64,000 nucleotides of DNA from Capsulimonadaceae bacterium (GCA_965215505.1 OZ244065.1:2912001-2976000); one strand, 5' to 3'. Positions 1-9,551 are shown, counted from the first letter of the stretch. The notes: generated from the letters alone by a model not told the origin. Translations and numbers: made by a program.

Positions 1-538
1 GTGGGTTGGCGGGGTCGGCATTGCGCCGGTAGAAGTCCTTCATCTGGGACTCGGTGGGAACCGCCCCCTGGGCCGCAAGCGCCTCGCGCGCCAGGCTGAC
101 GCGCAGAGCGCCCCGGACGGCGTCCGGCGTCAGGCCGAGGGACGCGGAGCGCGCGGCGAAGCCGGGGGCGGCGGCGAGCAAGGCGTACCGCGCCTGCACG
201 GCCGCGTCACCCGGCAGCAGCCCCTTCCGGCGGGCGTACTGCGTTTGCAGCTCCTCGTCGATTATCTGGTGCAGGACTGCGCCCCGCGTCGCCGTGTCCA
301 GCCGGGCCTCGTAGTCGGCGCGGCGGATGACCACGCCGTTGACCGAGACGAGGGCGTCCAAAGCGTGGGCGCGCTGACGCATGACTAGCGCGCCGCCCGC
401 CGCCCCGGCCACCAGGGTCAGGGCCAGCAGGCCGGCCAGGGCCGGGCGCGTCAGGGACAGGCGCGGCACGGCCCGCTTGGGCGGCGTCATCGTCCACCGG
501 GCGGACGACGTTCCACCCTGGGGGAGGGGGGATTTCAT
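1..538 (-). CDS. SurA-N/PrsA/EpsD-like periplasmic chaperone or PPIase (5' part only; runs off the window start)
   Basis: Manual translation from ATG at 538: N-terminal TM (LAGLLALTLVAGAAGGALV), then LVSVNGVVIRRADYEARL..VLHQIIDEELQTQYARRKGL..PTESQMKDFYRRN, typical of SurA-N/PrsA. Absent from the ORF track because there is no stop in the window. Confidence 0.6.
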   Translation of the reverse strand, partial: MKSPLPQGGTSSARWTMTPPKRAVPRLSLTRPALAGLLALTLVAGAAGGALVMRQRAHALDALVSVNGVVIRRADYEARLDTATRGAVLHQIIDEELQTQYARRKGLLPGDAAVQARYALLAAAPGFAARSASLGLTPDAVRGALRVSLAREALAAQGAVPTESQMKDFYRRNADPANP

Positions 539-553
539 GTCTTGCGCCTTGCC

Positions 554-1258
554 TTACTCCGCGCCCGCCGCCCCGCGCGCCTGGCCCCGGCGGGCGCGCA
601 GGGCGCCCACGCCGAACAGGCCCATCAGGAGGCCCAGGCTCGTCACCGTCCCGAGTTCCGGCGTCGCCGAGGGCGCGCTGGTCGTCGTGTAGGTCTTGCC
701 CGACGTGTACCCGAAGTTTTGCGCGGAATAAGTACCGTCCGCCGCGCGCGTCAGCAAGAAAAGGGCACCCCGGTTCGGATCATCGTTGGTCGCCACCTGC
801 GCGGACTGCGTGTTGTCAAAAAGATCGAAGAAAAACTGGTCCGGTGCCCCGCCCGATGCGGCCATGAGTTGCGTGGCGTCCACCTTGAAACTCAGCAGGC
901 TGCCCTGGTTGAAGTCCTGGCTGAACTCGTTAAAGGTCGAGGCAGTCTTGGAACTCAGGGACACCCCCGAGGCGAGATCCCCAGTGACATCCCCGAAGTA
1001 TCCCGGCGGATTGCTAAGGTTCGCGCTGCCCCCGCCGAACATGAAGCTGCCCACGTTGACGGTGCTGTCGGGTGTGGTGGCACCCTGGTTGAGCTGCAAG
1101 TCTATAGCGTAGCTATCTGTGGGGTTCAGCCCCGTCGTGTCCAAGGAGACATCGTAGGTTTGGGCGTGGGCCGTGGCCGCAGCCAGAGCAGACAGGCCGC
1201 CCGCGATGGCCGACAGGCGGGCCATCCGGCAGAAATGAGATCGGGTCGTTGAGGACAT
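554..1258 (-). CDS. Secreted PEP-CTERM-type sorted surface protein
   Basis: Signal peptide ending AHA-Q; Ser/Thr-rich beta domain (GDVTGDL..FNEFSQDF..LSF..PDQFFFDL); C-terminal TPELG + TM + RARR tail. Confidence 0.75.
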   Translation of the reverse strand: MSSTTRSHFCRMARLSAIAGGLSALAAATAHAQTYDVSLDTTGLNPTDSYAIDLQLNQGATTPDSTVNVGSFMFGGGSANLSNPPGYFGDVTGDLASGVSLSSKTASTFNEFSQDFNQGSLLSFKVDATQLMAASGGAPDQFFFDLFDNTQSAQVATNDDPNRGALFLLTRAADGTYSAQNFGYTSGKTYTTTSAPSATPELGTVTSLGLLMGLFGVGALRARRGQARGAAGAE

Positions 1259-1428
1259 TGGCTTTCCTTATGATTCGAGACGAGCGGCTTCCGGCGGCTT
1301 CGCCCTGAAGAGGCCACGGTTGACCTTCAAGCCCTCATCCAGCCGCAGGAGCGTCTCTGGGGGTCTGATTTGATCGGCGTGGCTGCGGCAGGACAGGCTT
1401 GAGTGAGGATTCGTCAATGATAACATGC

Positions 1429-1444
1429 TGCAAGAATCGTGCCA
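1429..1444 (-). promoter_or_regulatory. Sigma-54 (-24/-12) promoter upstream of the PEP-CTERM gene
   Basis: Minus strand reads TGGCACG-ATTC-TTGCA, an exact match to TGGCACG-N4-TTGCW. Confidence 0.75.
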
Positions 1445-1612
1445 ACTCAGGCCCAGGACGGCTTTAACAATAAAAATGTTCCATGTTGTAGCAGCAACAA
1501 CGAAATAAGATGGGAAAAGCGGTGCCGAGTGGAGTGCGGGCGGGCACCCGGTGCATGAGCGGCCCGGCGCGTCTGCGCCGGGCCGCCGTTGTCTTTGGTC
1601 TGCGTCCCTCGG

Positions 1613-4186
1613 CTAAGGCACGACTTCCTCGGCGGGCAGCTTGCCGTCTATCATGCGCTCGACGCTTGCGACGCGGTCGTCTTCAGCCAGGTTGATGGCG
1701 CGGACGCCCTGGGTGTTGCGGCTGGATGAGCGGATGTCGTCCACGCGGAGCTGGATCGTGATGCCCTCGCGGGTCATGATCAGCAGCCGGTCCTCGGGGC
1801 TGACGATCTTGGCGTCCACGATGTCGCCGGTCTTGTCGGACAGCGACATGGTCAGGACGCCCTTGCCGCCGCGCGTCTGAGGGCGATAGTCCTTCAGCGG
1901 CGTCCGCTTGGAGATGCCGCGCTCGCCGATCACCAGCAGGTCCAGGGCGTTGTCCACGACGGCCATGCCGACGATCATGTCGTCCGTGGCTTCCGAGAGC
2001 GTGATGCCCCGGACGCCGCCCGCCGAGCGCGAGCGCGGGGTCAGGTCGGTCTCGGCGAACCGGATGGACATGCCCTTGCGGGTGACCAGGATGATCTCAT
2101 CCTCGCCGGAGGTGTGGGCGACCCAGCGCAGGGCGTCGTCCTCCTCGATGTCGAAGACGATCAGGCCGTTGTTGCGGAGGTTGACGAACTCGGCCAGCGG
2201 CGTCCGCTTGACCTCGCCGCACTCGGTCGCGAAGAGCAGGAAGCCCTCGACGTCCTTGTACTCCTTCATCGGCACAGTCGCCGTGATCCGCTCGCCGGGC
2301 TGGATGTTGATGAGGTTGATGACCGCCGTCCCCATCGCCGTCCGCGAGGTCTGCGGCACCTCATACGCCTTCAGGCGGTAGACGCGGCCCCGGTCGGTGA
2401 AGAACAGGATGTAGTGGTGCGTCGTCGCCACGAAGAGGTGTTCGATGCTGTCTTCTTCCTTGATGGACGCCCCGATGCGCCCCCGCCCGCCCCGGTGCTG
2501 GGTCGGGAATGTCTCCTTGGGGACCCGCTTGATGTAGCCGTCGCGGGTGATCGAGACGATCATCTCCTCTTCGGGGATCAGGTCCTCGTCGCCGATTTCC
2601 TCCGCTTCCATCGGAACGATGCGCGTCCTTCTCTCGTCGCCGTACTTGTCCCGAAGCTGCCGAAGCTCCTGCTTGATGATGGCCGTCACGCGGGCCGGAG
2701 TCGCCAGGATGTCCTCGTAGTAGGCGATCTGCTTGAGAAGCTCTTTGTACTCGTTCTCCAGCTTCTCGCGCTCCAGGCCCGTCAGGGCGCGGAGCTGCAT
2801 GACCAGGATGGCGTCGGCCTGGAGTTGGGACAGGGCGAAGGTCCCCATCATCTCGTTGCGGGCCAGTTCCGGCGTCCGCGACCGCCGGATGAGGGCGATG
2901 ATCTCGTCCAGGAAGTCCAGCGCGATCTGGAGGCCCTCCAGGATGTGGGCGCGTGCTTTGGCCTTGTTCAGCTCGAACAGCGTCCGGCGGACGATCACCT
3001 CGCGCCGGTGCGTCAGGAAGTGCCCCAGAGCGTCTTTCAGTGTCAGGATGCGCGGCTGACCGTCCACGAGGGCCAGCATGTTGACGCCGAAAGTGGTCCG
3101 CAGGGGCGTGTGCTTGAGCAGGAAGTTCAGCACCTTGCGCGGGTAGGCCTCGCGCTTGAGGGTGATGACGATCTTCATGCCGGTCCGGTCGGAATAGTCG
3201 TTGAGATCGGCGATGCCCTCGATCTTCTTCTGCTTGACGAGGTCGGCGATCTGCTCGATGAGCCGGGACTTGATGACCTGGTACGGCAGCTCAGTGACGA
3301 CGATCTGGTTGCGCCCGTTCTCGATCGGCTCGATGGAGGTCCGCGCCTGCATGACGACCGAGCCGCGCCCGGTGGCGTAAGCCTGCCGGATGCCTTTGGT
3401 GCCGAGAATCAAAGAGGCGGTGGGAAAGTCCGGCCCCTTGATAAACGTCATCAATTCTTCAATGTCCGCGTCGGCATTGTCCAGCAGGTGGATCGCACCG
3501 TCCACGATCTCGCGCAGGTTGTGCGGCGGAATATTGGTCGCCATGCCGACGGCGATGCCGGACCCGCCGTTGCACAGAAAGTTCGGGAACTTGCCCGGCA
3601 GCACGGTCGGCTCGCGCCGGGTCTGGTCGTAGTTCTCGGCCCAGTCCACGGTGTCCCGGTCCAGGTCTTGCAGCATCTCCATCGCGAACGGCGTCATGCG
3701 CGCCTCAGTATATCTTTGAGCCGCAGGCGGATCTGCATCGATTGATCCAAAATTCCCCTGCCCGTCCACGAGCGGGTACCGCATGTTGAAGTCCTGCGCC
3801 ATGCGAACCATCGTCGCGTACAGGGCCACGTCGCCGTGCGGGTGATAGTTGCCCATGCATTCCCCAATGATCTTGGCGGACTTGCGGTGCTGGCCGGCGG
3901 GGGTCAGGTTCAGGTCGCTCATCGCCATCAGGATGCGGCGGTGGACGGGCTTCAGCCCGTCGCGCACGTCCGGCAGGGCGCGGGCGATGATCGTGGACAT
4001 GGCGTAGTCGAGGTACGACTGCCGCATCTCGTCTTCGATGCTCACGTTGAGCAGCTCGCGGGCGATGGACTGGGGGGCGAGCGCCATCAGGGCAGTCGCC
4101 GTGCCGCCGTCGGAGGCGGGGTCGAGGGGCGACTCGGGGGCGGGGTCGGGAGTCGAGTCGGGAACGGGGATTTCTTCGTCAGCCAT
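1613..4186 (-). CDS. gyrA: DNA gyrase subunit A
   Basis: RALPDVRDGLKPVHRRIL, YHPHGD, catalytic AAQRYTE, GPDFPT, GyrA-box QHRGGRG and C-terminal pinwheel repeats. Confidence 0.97.
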   Translation of the reverse strand: MADEEIPVPDSTPDPAPESPLDPASDGGTATALMALAPQSIARELLNVSIEDEMRQSYLDYAMSTIIARALPDVRDGLKPVHRRILMAMSDLNLTPAGQHRKSAKIIGECMGNYHPHGDVALYATMVRMAQDFNMRYPLVDGQGNFGSIDADPPAAQRYTEARMTPFAMEMLQDLDRDTVDWAENYDQTRREPTVLPGKFPNFLCNGGSGIAVGMATNIPPHNLREIVDGAIHLLDNADADIEELMTFIKGPDFPTASLILGTKGIRQAYATGRGSVVMQARTSIEPIENGRNQIVVTELPYQVIKSRLIEQIADLVKQKKIEGIADLNDYSDRTGMKIVITLKREAYPRKVLNFLLKHTPLRTTFGVNMLALVDGQPRILTLKDALGHFLTHRREVIVRRTLFELNKAKARAHILEGLQIALDFLDEIIALIRRSRTPELARNEMMGTFALSQLQADAILVMQLRALTGLEREKLENEYKELLKQIAYYEDILATPARVTAIIKQELRQLRDKYGDERRTRIVPMEAEEIGDEDLIPEEEMIVSITRDGYIKRVPKETFPTQHRGGRGRIGASIKEEDSIEHLFVATTHHYILFFTDRGRVYRLKAYEVPQTSRTAMGTAVINLINIQPGERITATVPMKEYKDVEGFLLFATECGEVKRTPLAEFVNLRNNGLIVFDIEEDDALRWVAHTSGEDEIILVTRKGMSIRFAETDLTPRSRSAGGVRGITLSEATDDMIVGMAVVDNALDLLVIGERGISKRTPLKDYRPQTRGGKGVLTMSLSDKTGDIVDAKIVSPEDRLLIMTREGITIQLRVDDIRSSSRNTQGVRAINLAEDDRVASVERMIDGKLPAEEVVP

Positions 4187-4250
4187 CGCTCATCCTTTAC
4201 ATAAAAACACTACAAAGAGTAGTACAGAGGGGTGCCGTTATCGTGGTAAC

Positions 4251-4279
4251 ATTATAGCGTATTTGGCAGCAAATGTCAA
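4251..4279 (-). promoter_or_regulatory. Sigma-70 promoter of gyrA
   Basis: Perfect TTGACA-N17-TATAAT on the minus strand. Confidence 0.8.
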
Positions 4280-4293
4280 GAGGGCGGGCCAGG

Positions 4294-4322
4294 TTGCGTT
4301 TCTCATGCTTGTGTGCTATACT
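4294..4322 (+). promoter_or_regulatory. Divergent sigma-70 promoter for the 4363 gene
   Basis: TTGCGT-N17-TATACT with extended TG. Confidence 0.55.
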
Positions 4323-4362
4323 ACGAATGATACGCCACAGAGACGCCACAGGAGAAACCACG

Positions 4363-4665
4363 ATGACCCACTCATTCACCGCTTCGTTCACCGCACTGAC
4401 CGCTGCCGCACTGGCCGCAGTAGCCCTCACCGCCTCGGTACAGGCCGCCCCCGCTAAGGCCGGCAAGCCGGCCGCCGGCAAGATGGTGTCGCTGTACCAA
4501 GCCGACAAGTGCCAGATGTACTTCACCCCCGCCCAGGCCAAGAAACTCGGCTACGCCTGCCCCCACAGCAAGGGCAAGATGAAGCCGGTGCAGGTCACGG
4601 CCGCCGTCGCCAAGGCGGAGATCGCCAAGACGACCGCCGAACTGGCCCCCAAGAAGGCGATGTAG
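4363..4665 (+). CDS. Small secreted Ala/Lys-rich protein with two Cys (KCQMYF...YACPH), possibly metal-binding
   Basis: AGGAG RBS before ATG 4363; signal peptide ending VQA; terminator follows. Confidence 0.7.
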   Translation: MTHSFTASFTALTAAALAAVALTASVQAAPAKAGKPAAGKMVSLYQADKCQMYFTPAQAKKLGYACPHSKGKMKPVQVTAAVAKAEIAKTTAELAPKKAM

Positions 4666-4682
4666 GACGAGGATCAGACAAA

Positions 4683-4719
4683 GGAAGGGCGCGGACCATA
4701 CGGTCCGCGCCCTTCTTCC
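4683..4719. terminator. Hairpin terminator between convergent genes
   Basis: GAAGGGCGCGGACC-ATAC-GGTCCGCGCCCTTC. Confidence 0.7.
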
Positions 4720-4739
4720 GTCTTCCCCGGCGTCCCCTG

Positions 4740-5087
4740 CTAGGCCCCCCCGAACTCCTCGCCCAGCCCCACGGCCTGCCGCTGCTCGGACAGGATGTGC
4801 GCGGGGACCTGCTTCAAGAAGAAGTTGCCGGCGAACAGGACGATGCCGATGTCATCCAGGGCGCCGATGACCGGGATGAAGTTCGGCAGGTTCAGCGGGC
4901 TGACCGCGAAGACCAGCGCGCCCACCAAAATGGCTTTCGGCAGGACGGGGATGCGCGGGTCCAGCAGCAGGCGGCGGAACAACTGGAACTGCTTGGGGGC
5001 GGTCTGCGCCAGCGTCACCGCCGCCTTCCAGCCGCCGACGCGCCGGGTCATCTGAAATATGCGTAGGACTTGTTTCCAGAGGTTCAT
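4740..5087 (-). CDS. YkvA/DUF1232 family membrane protein
   Basis: DPRIPVLPKAIL..SPLNLPNFIPVIGALDDI motif. Confidence 0.85.
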   Translation of the reverse strand: MNLWKQVLRIFQMTRRVGGWKAAVTLAQTAPKQFQLFRRLLLDPRIPVLPKAILVGALVFAVSPLNLPNFIPVIGALDDIGIVLFAGNFFLKQVPAHILSEQRQAVGLGEEFGGA

Positions 5088-5284
5088 TTGTTGGCTCCTT
5101 TGTGTGACAAACGCGACATGCTAGGGCATTAAGCCCGTTCTATGAACACCGCATGCGCCGATTTGTTCCGTAGCAAGACAGTATTTTGCATCGCGGGTTC
5201 GATGCGCCGTATTTACCCGCGCCCGGCGTCCTTAAATCGCCGCGCGTTGGCAGCGGGGGCAGATCAGGAGGGGAAAGGCGAACA

Positions 5285-5421
5285 CGGAGGGGAAGGGGGA
5301 ACACAAGGTTCGCCCCTACATGACGGGAAAAGAGGGCACAATAGGACAAGAGGGCGCGATGAATCGCGCCCCTACGGGGCAAGCAGACAGGATGTACGGA
5401 CGGGCGAACCTTGTTCGCCCT
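5285..5421. repeat. Cluster of GTAG-type REP-like hairpins (three copies)
   Basis: GGGGGAACACAAGGTTCGCCCCTAC, AGGGCGCGATGAATCGCGCCCCTAC and an inverted GGGCGAACCTTGTTCGCCC. Confidence 0.7.
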
Positions 5422-5496
5422 CATCCCGCCCTCCCTCTGCAACTCCATCACACCTAGAAACGCACGCCGCGCGCCCATATCGGGTACATTGGGTGC

Positions 5497-5967
5497 ATGA
5501 GCAACACCACTAACCAAACCGCCACAGAGCGGGCCGAAGCACTGCTGACGCGCTGGGAACAGCGCCTGAGCCAGTCCGGCAAACAAACGCCCCCGGCCAC
5601 GACGGAGGGCACGACCGAAGCCGAGAGCGCGGTCCAGCGGGCGGAGGCCCTACTGGGGGGCAAGGGGGCGAAGGCTGAAGGCCCGGAGAGCAGTGGCCCG
5701 AAGAGCAGCGGGCGGGGGCTGATGGGGGCGGCGGCGCACGTCTATGTCGCCCTGGCGGCCAAGACCGGCGAGGTCGTCACCCCCGTCGTCAAGAACTGGC
5801 AGGCGAGCGTGGACGAGGCGAGGCGCGAGCAGGAGCAGAAGGCAGCCCAAGACCCGAACAAACCCAACGCACAGCAGGAAGGCTCAGACGAGAAGGAAGG
5901 CGAAAAGGCCCTGGGGAAGACGGCGGACGCGACGGCCGAGGCCGCAGGCACGGCGGCGGGGGCGTAA
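5497..5967 (+). CDS. Hypothetical hydrophilic protein
   Basis: 156-aa ORF with host-like codon usage, upstream of the ABC gene. Confidence 0.65.
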   Translation: MSNTTNQTATERAEALLTRWEQRLSQSGKQTPPATTEGTTEAESAVQRAEALLGGKGAKAEGPESSGPKSSGRGLMGAAAHVYVALAAKTGEVVTPVVKNWQASVDEARREQEQKAAQDPNKPNAQQEGSDEKEGEKALGKTADATAEAAGTAAGA

Positions 5968-6038
5968 CGTCACCTCCCGGCCCGGCAAGCGGCGGGGCGT
6001 CCGGGCCGCCGTAAAACGGCAGGCAGGAGGGGTGGGAC

Positions 6039-7928
6039 ATGCCTCGGAGCGAAGCGCGGAACGGGCGGAAGACAGAGGGCGGCCCGGCACCCGCCCCGCT
6101 GCCCCTGCGGAAGCGGTGGGCCAAGTTCAGGGCCGACTCGCGGACGACGTTCGCCGGCCTGCCGCGCGCCTTCGGGCTGGTCTGGAGGGCGAACCGGGGG
6201 TTCACCGTCAGCCTGGCCTTGTTCGCCGTCATCGGGGGCGTCATCCCGGTGGCGACGGCGTGGGTCAGCAAGCTGCTGATTGATGCCGTGGTGGCCGCCG
6301 CGAGCCGGGGCGGCGGGCCGGGCTGGGTTCGCTGGGTGCTGGTCCTGGTGGCGGCGCAGTTCGGGCTGTACCTGGCGGGTTCCCTACTCCAGGCGTTGCA
6401 GTCGGTCACGCAGCAGGCCTTGCAAGAATTGACCGGCGACCACGTCCAACTCACGATCATGGAACACGCGAATAGGCTGGACCTGGCCTTCTTTGAAGAG
6501 CCGAAGTTTTACGACACCCTCCAAGAAGCCCAGCGGGAGGCATCCCAGCGGCCCCTCGGCATGGTGCAGCAGGTCTTCAACATCACACGCTCTTCGATCA
6601 CCTTCCTCTCGATGGTCGCCCTGATGGCGCGGCTCGGGTGGATCGTCGCCGCCGTAGCCCTGATCGCGCCGGTTCCCAGTTTCATCGCCTCGACCCGCTA
6701 CGGCTGGCGCGGCTACTGGATGGCGCGGCGGCAGTCCTCCGACCGGCGGCTGATGCTCTACTTCGCGGACCTCTTGACCAAGGACACTTACCACAAGGAG
6801 ATCAAGCTGTTCGGGTTGGGCGAGCATTTCACCGACCGCTGGAAGGTGATCGCCGACCGCTTCTACCGGGAGCATTTGGCCCTGCTGACGCGCCGCTCGG
6901 CCATGGGCTTCCTGTGGGGCAGCCTGACGACCCTGGTGACCAGCGGGACCTTTTTGTATGTTGCCCTCCAGGCCATCGCGCGGCGGCTGACCTTGGGCGA
7001 CCTGACGCTCTACACGCAGGCGGTCAGCGGCGTCCAGTCCAGCTTTCAGGGGATATTGGGCGGCGTTTCCTCGCTGTACGAGGGCGGCCTGTATCTCAAC
7101 AACCTGTTCGAGTTTTTAGATTACGAGCCGAAGATCCGCGACCGACCGGACGCCGTCCCGCTCCGGTTCCCTCTGCACGAAGGCATCGAGTTCCGGGGTG
7201 TCAGCTTTACCTACCCCGGCAAGGACGCGCCGGCCCTGCGCGACGTCAGCTTCCGGGTGGCCCTGGACGAAACCGTGGCCCTTGTAGGCCAGAACGGGGC
7301 GGGCAAGACCACCATCGTCAAGCTGCTCACGCGGCTGTACGACCCCGATGAGGGCCAGATCCTGGTCAACGGCCGGGACATCCGCGAGTACGAGCTGGCG
7401 AGCCTGCACGCGGCCATCGGCGTCATCTTCCAGGACTACGTCACCTACTTTTTCAGCGCGGGGGAGAACATCGGCGTCGGGCGGCTGGCCGACATGGGGG
7501 ACCGCGTTCGGGTGAAAGCGGCGGCGGCCCGGAGCGGGGCGGACGCGGTCATCGCGCGGCTGCCGAGCGGCTACGACACGACGCTGGGCCGGTGGTTCGA
7601 CGAGGGCTTTCAGCTTTCGGGGGGCGAGTGGCAGAAGGTGGCCCTTGCCCGCGCCTTCATGCGCGACGCCGAGGTGCTGATCCTCGACGAGCCGACGGCG
7701 AGCCTGGACGCCCGCGCCGAGTACGAGATCTTCGCCCGGATGCAGGCTTTGACCGAGGGGAAGATGGGCTTGTTCATCAGCCACCGCTTCAGCACCGTGC
7801 GCCTGGCCGACCGAATCCTGGTGCTGGGAGGTGGGCAGATCAGCGAGGACGGCACGCACGAGGAGTTGCTCGCGCTGGGCGGCACCTACGCCGAATTGTT
7901 TAACCTTCAGGCCGCCGCCTACCGGTGA
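6039..7928 (+). CDS. ABC transporter, fused permease and ATP-binding domains (exporter type)
   Basis: N-terminal TM domain; Walker A GQNGAGKT, LSGGEWQK signature, ILDEPT, SHR. Confidence 0.93.
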   Translation: MPRSEARNGRKTEGGPAPAPLPLRKRWAKFRADSRTTFAGLPRAFGLVWRANRGFTVSLALFAVIGGVIPVATAWVSKLLIDAVVAAASRGGGPGWVRWVLVLVAAQFGLYLAGSLLQALQSVTQQALQELTGDHVQLTIMEHANRLDLAFFEEPKFYDTLQEAQREASQRPLGMVQQVFNITRSSITFLSMVALMARLGWIVAAVALIAPVPSFIASTRYGWRGYWMARRQSSDRRLMLYFADLLTKDTYHKEIKLFGLGEHFTDRWKVIADRFYREHLALLTRRSAMGFLWGSLTTLVTSGTFLYVALQAIARRLTLGDLTLYTQAVSGVQSSFQGILGGVSSLYEGGLYLNNLFEFLDYEPKIRDRPDAVPLRFPLHEGIEFRGVSFTYPGKDAPALRDVSFRVALDETVALVGQNGAGKTTIVKLLTRLYDPDEGQILVNGRDIREYELASLHAAIGVIFQDYVTYFFSAGENIGVGRLADMGDRVRVKAAAARSGADAVIARLPSGYDTTLGRWFDEGFQLSGGEWQKVALARAFMRDAEVLILDEPTASLDARAEYEIFARMQALTEGKMGLFISHRFSTVRLADRILVLGGGQISEDGTHEELLALGGTYAELFNLQAAAYR

Positions 7929-7950
7929 AACAAAGCCGGAGACAAAGAAC

Positions 7951-7980
7951 GGGCCGCTCCCCCGGTTGGGGGAGCGGCCT
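7951..7980. terminator. Hairpin terminator between convergent genes
   Basis: GGCCGCTCCCCC-GGTT-GGGGGAGCGGCC. Confidence 0.65.
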
Positions 7981-8003
7981 CGTCGGGCGCGGGGCGCGGG
8001 CCA

Positions 8004-8627
8004 CTACTTCAAGGTGTGCAGGTACATATAGATGCTGGCCGCCTGGGTCGGCGTCATCGGCGGGGGCATGTTCCTCCCACCGGGGCCGCCGGGGCCTCCG
8101 GGCCGCATGCCGCCCGGACGCATCCCGCCGGGAGGGGGACCGCCGGGGCCGCCCATTCCGCCGGGAGGCGGGCCGCCATCCGGCCCGCCGGGGCGCATCC
8201 CGTCAGGCGGTCCGCCGGGACCTCCGGGACGCATTCCGCCGGGACGCATACCGGGACGCATCCGCATCATTCCCGCGCCGTAGGCGGGCATGGGGGGCTT
8301 GACGTGGCCGCCGTCAGGCGTGATGCCGGTGAGCAGCATGTGGACGAAGCTGGCCTGCTTGTATTCTTTGAGGCTGGCGTTCGGGTACAAGCTGGGCGAG
8401 AAGCCCTGCCGGCCGGCCAGGTTCGGCGCGTGGCACCGGTTGCAGCCGTACTGGCCGACGAGGGCCTTGCCCTGGGTGGCCGAGGCGACCAGGACCGGCT
8501 TCGGCGGCGTCTTGGCGGCGGCGGGGGTGTGGCCGGCATAGAAAAGTGCGGAGGCGAGCGCAATAGTCGCCCCAGCGGCGACCTTCGGGAAGAGAGACGT
8601 GTTCACGGATGAATCCCCTTTCGGCAT
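8004..8627 (-). CDS. Secreted monoheme c-type cytochrome with a Pro/Gly/Met-rich insertion
   Basis: Signal peptide, CNRCH heme motif, PPMP axial Met region, C-terminal helix QAASIYMYLHTLK. Confidence 0.85.
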   Translation of the reverse strand: MPKGDSSVNTSLFPKVAAGATIALASALFYAGHTPAAAKTPPKPVLVASATQGKALVGQYGCNRCHAPNLAGRQGFSPSLYPNASLKEYKQASFVHMLLTGITPDGGHVKPPMPAYGAGMMRMRPGMRPGGMRPGGPGGPPDGMRPGGPDGGPPPGGMGGPGGPPPGGMRPGGMRPGGPGGPGGRNMPPPMTPTQAASIYMYLHTLK

Positions 8628-8700
8628 GTGAATGTCGCTATAGTACCTGATCGCCGGTTTTTTATCCCTGTATGCTAAGATTTTATCTCTGTTCGCTGTT

Positions 8701-9551
8701 TACACCCAAACGCTGGGAATGCGCCTGGTCAAGAAGACGGTCAACCAGGACGACGTTTCGGCCCTCCACCTATTCTACGGCGACTCGGTGGGTCATACGG
8801 GCACCGAGATGACCTTCTTTGATTGGCGTCAGGCCGCCCCCAACCGGGATGGCGTCGGCGCGATCTCGGCGACTGCCCTGCGCGTCAGCGGCCCCGAGGC
8901 ACTGGCCTAGTGGCAGGCGCATTTCGACAGCCTCGGCGTCCCGCACGGCGGGATCGTGGAGGTCGCGGGCCGCCGGACACTGCGCTTCACTGACCCGGAG
9001 GGGCAGGCCTTGAGCCTGGTCGCGGACGGCGGGGCGGCGGGCGGCACGCCCTGGGACAGGAGCGCGGTCCCCGTAGAACAGGGCATCCGGAGCCTAGACG
9101 GCGTGACCCTGACCGTGCGCCGTCTCGCCCGGACGGCGGACGTGCTGGTGGATGCTCTTGGCTTTCGCCGAACGCGCGAATACCAGACGGAAGCGGGCCG
9201 GCCGGTGGTTGTCTTTGAAGCGGGGACGAGAGGCCCGACCTTCCGCCGGTGCGGCCGGGCGCGGGCGGCATCCACCATGTCGCCTTCCGCACCCCCGGCG
9301 TCACGGAGCAGCAGGAATGGCGGCGGTGTCTGGTCAGGGCGGGATTGGCGGTTTCCGAACAGATCGATCGGTACTATTTCCAGTCGCTCTACTTCCGGGA
9401 GCCGAACGGCATCCTTTTCGAGATCGGCACCGTCGGCCCCGGCTTCGCCACCGACGAGGACCCGGCGCATCTGGGCGAGCGCCTGGCCCTGCCGCCGTTC
9501 CTGGAACCGCGCCGCGCGCAGATCGAGGCGGGCCCGCGGCCGTTAGGGTGA
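8701..9551 (+). pseudogene. Ring-cleaving dioxygenase (MhqA/MhqO-like VOC family) pseudogene
   Basis: YTQTLGMRLVKKTVNQDD..HLFYGD..TFFDW; in-frame TAG at 8908-8910; frameshift near 9225-9250; [28 protein letters not shown]; 5' end missing. Confidence 0.85.

Noticed and set aside
2114-3745. Long antisense ORFs (also 16851-18482, 26934-28460, 58125-59816, 60586-61779 and others)
   Set aside because: Shadow frames of well-supported genes, expected from high GC3 bias
1613-4186. parC instead of gyrA, or an intein-containing allele
   Set aside because: GyrA-box is present and the length is normal, with continuous RYTE; dnaB likewise has no intein
8908-8910. Pyrrolysine or read-through at the in-frame TAG of the dioxygenase
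   Set aside because: The gene also has a frameshift and a missing 5' end, consistent with ordinary decay
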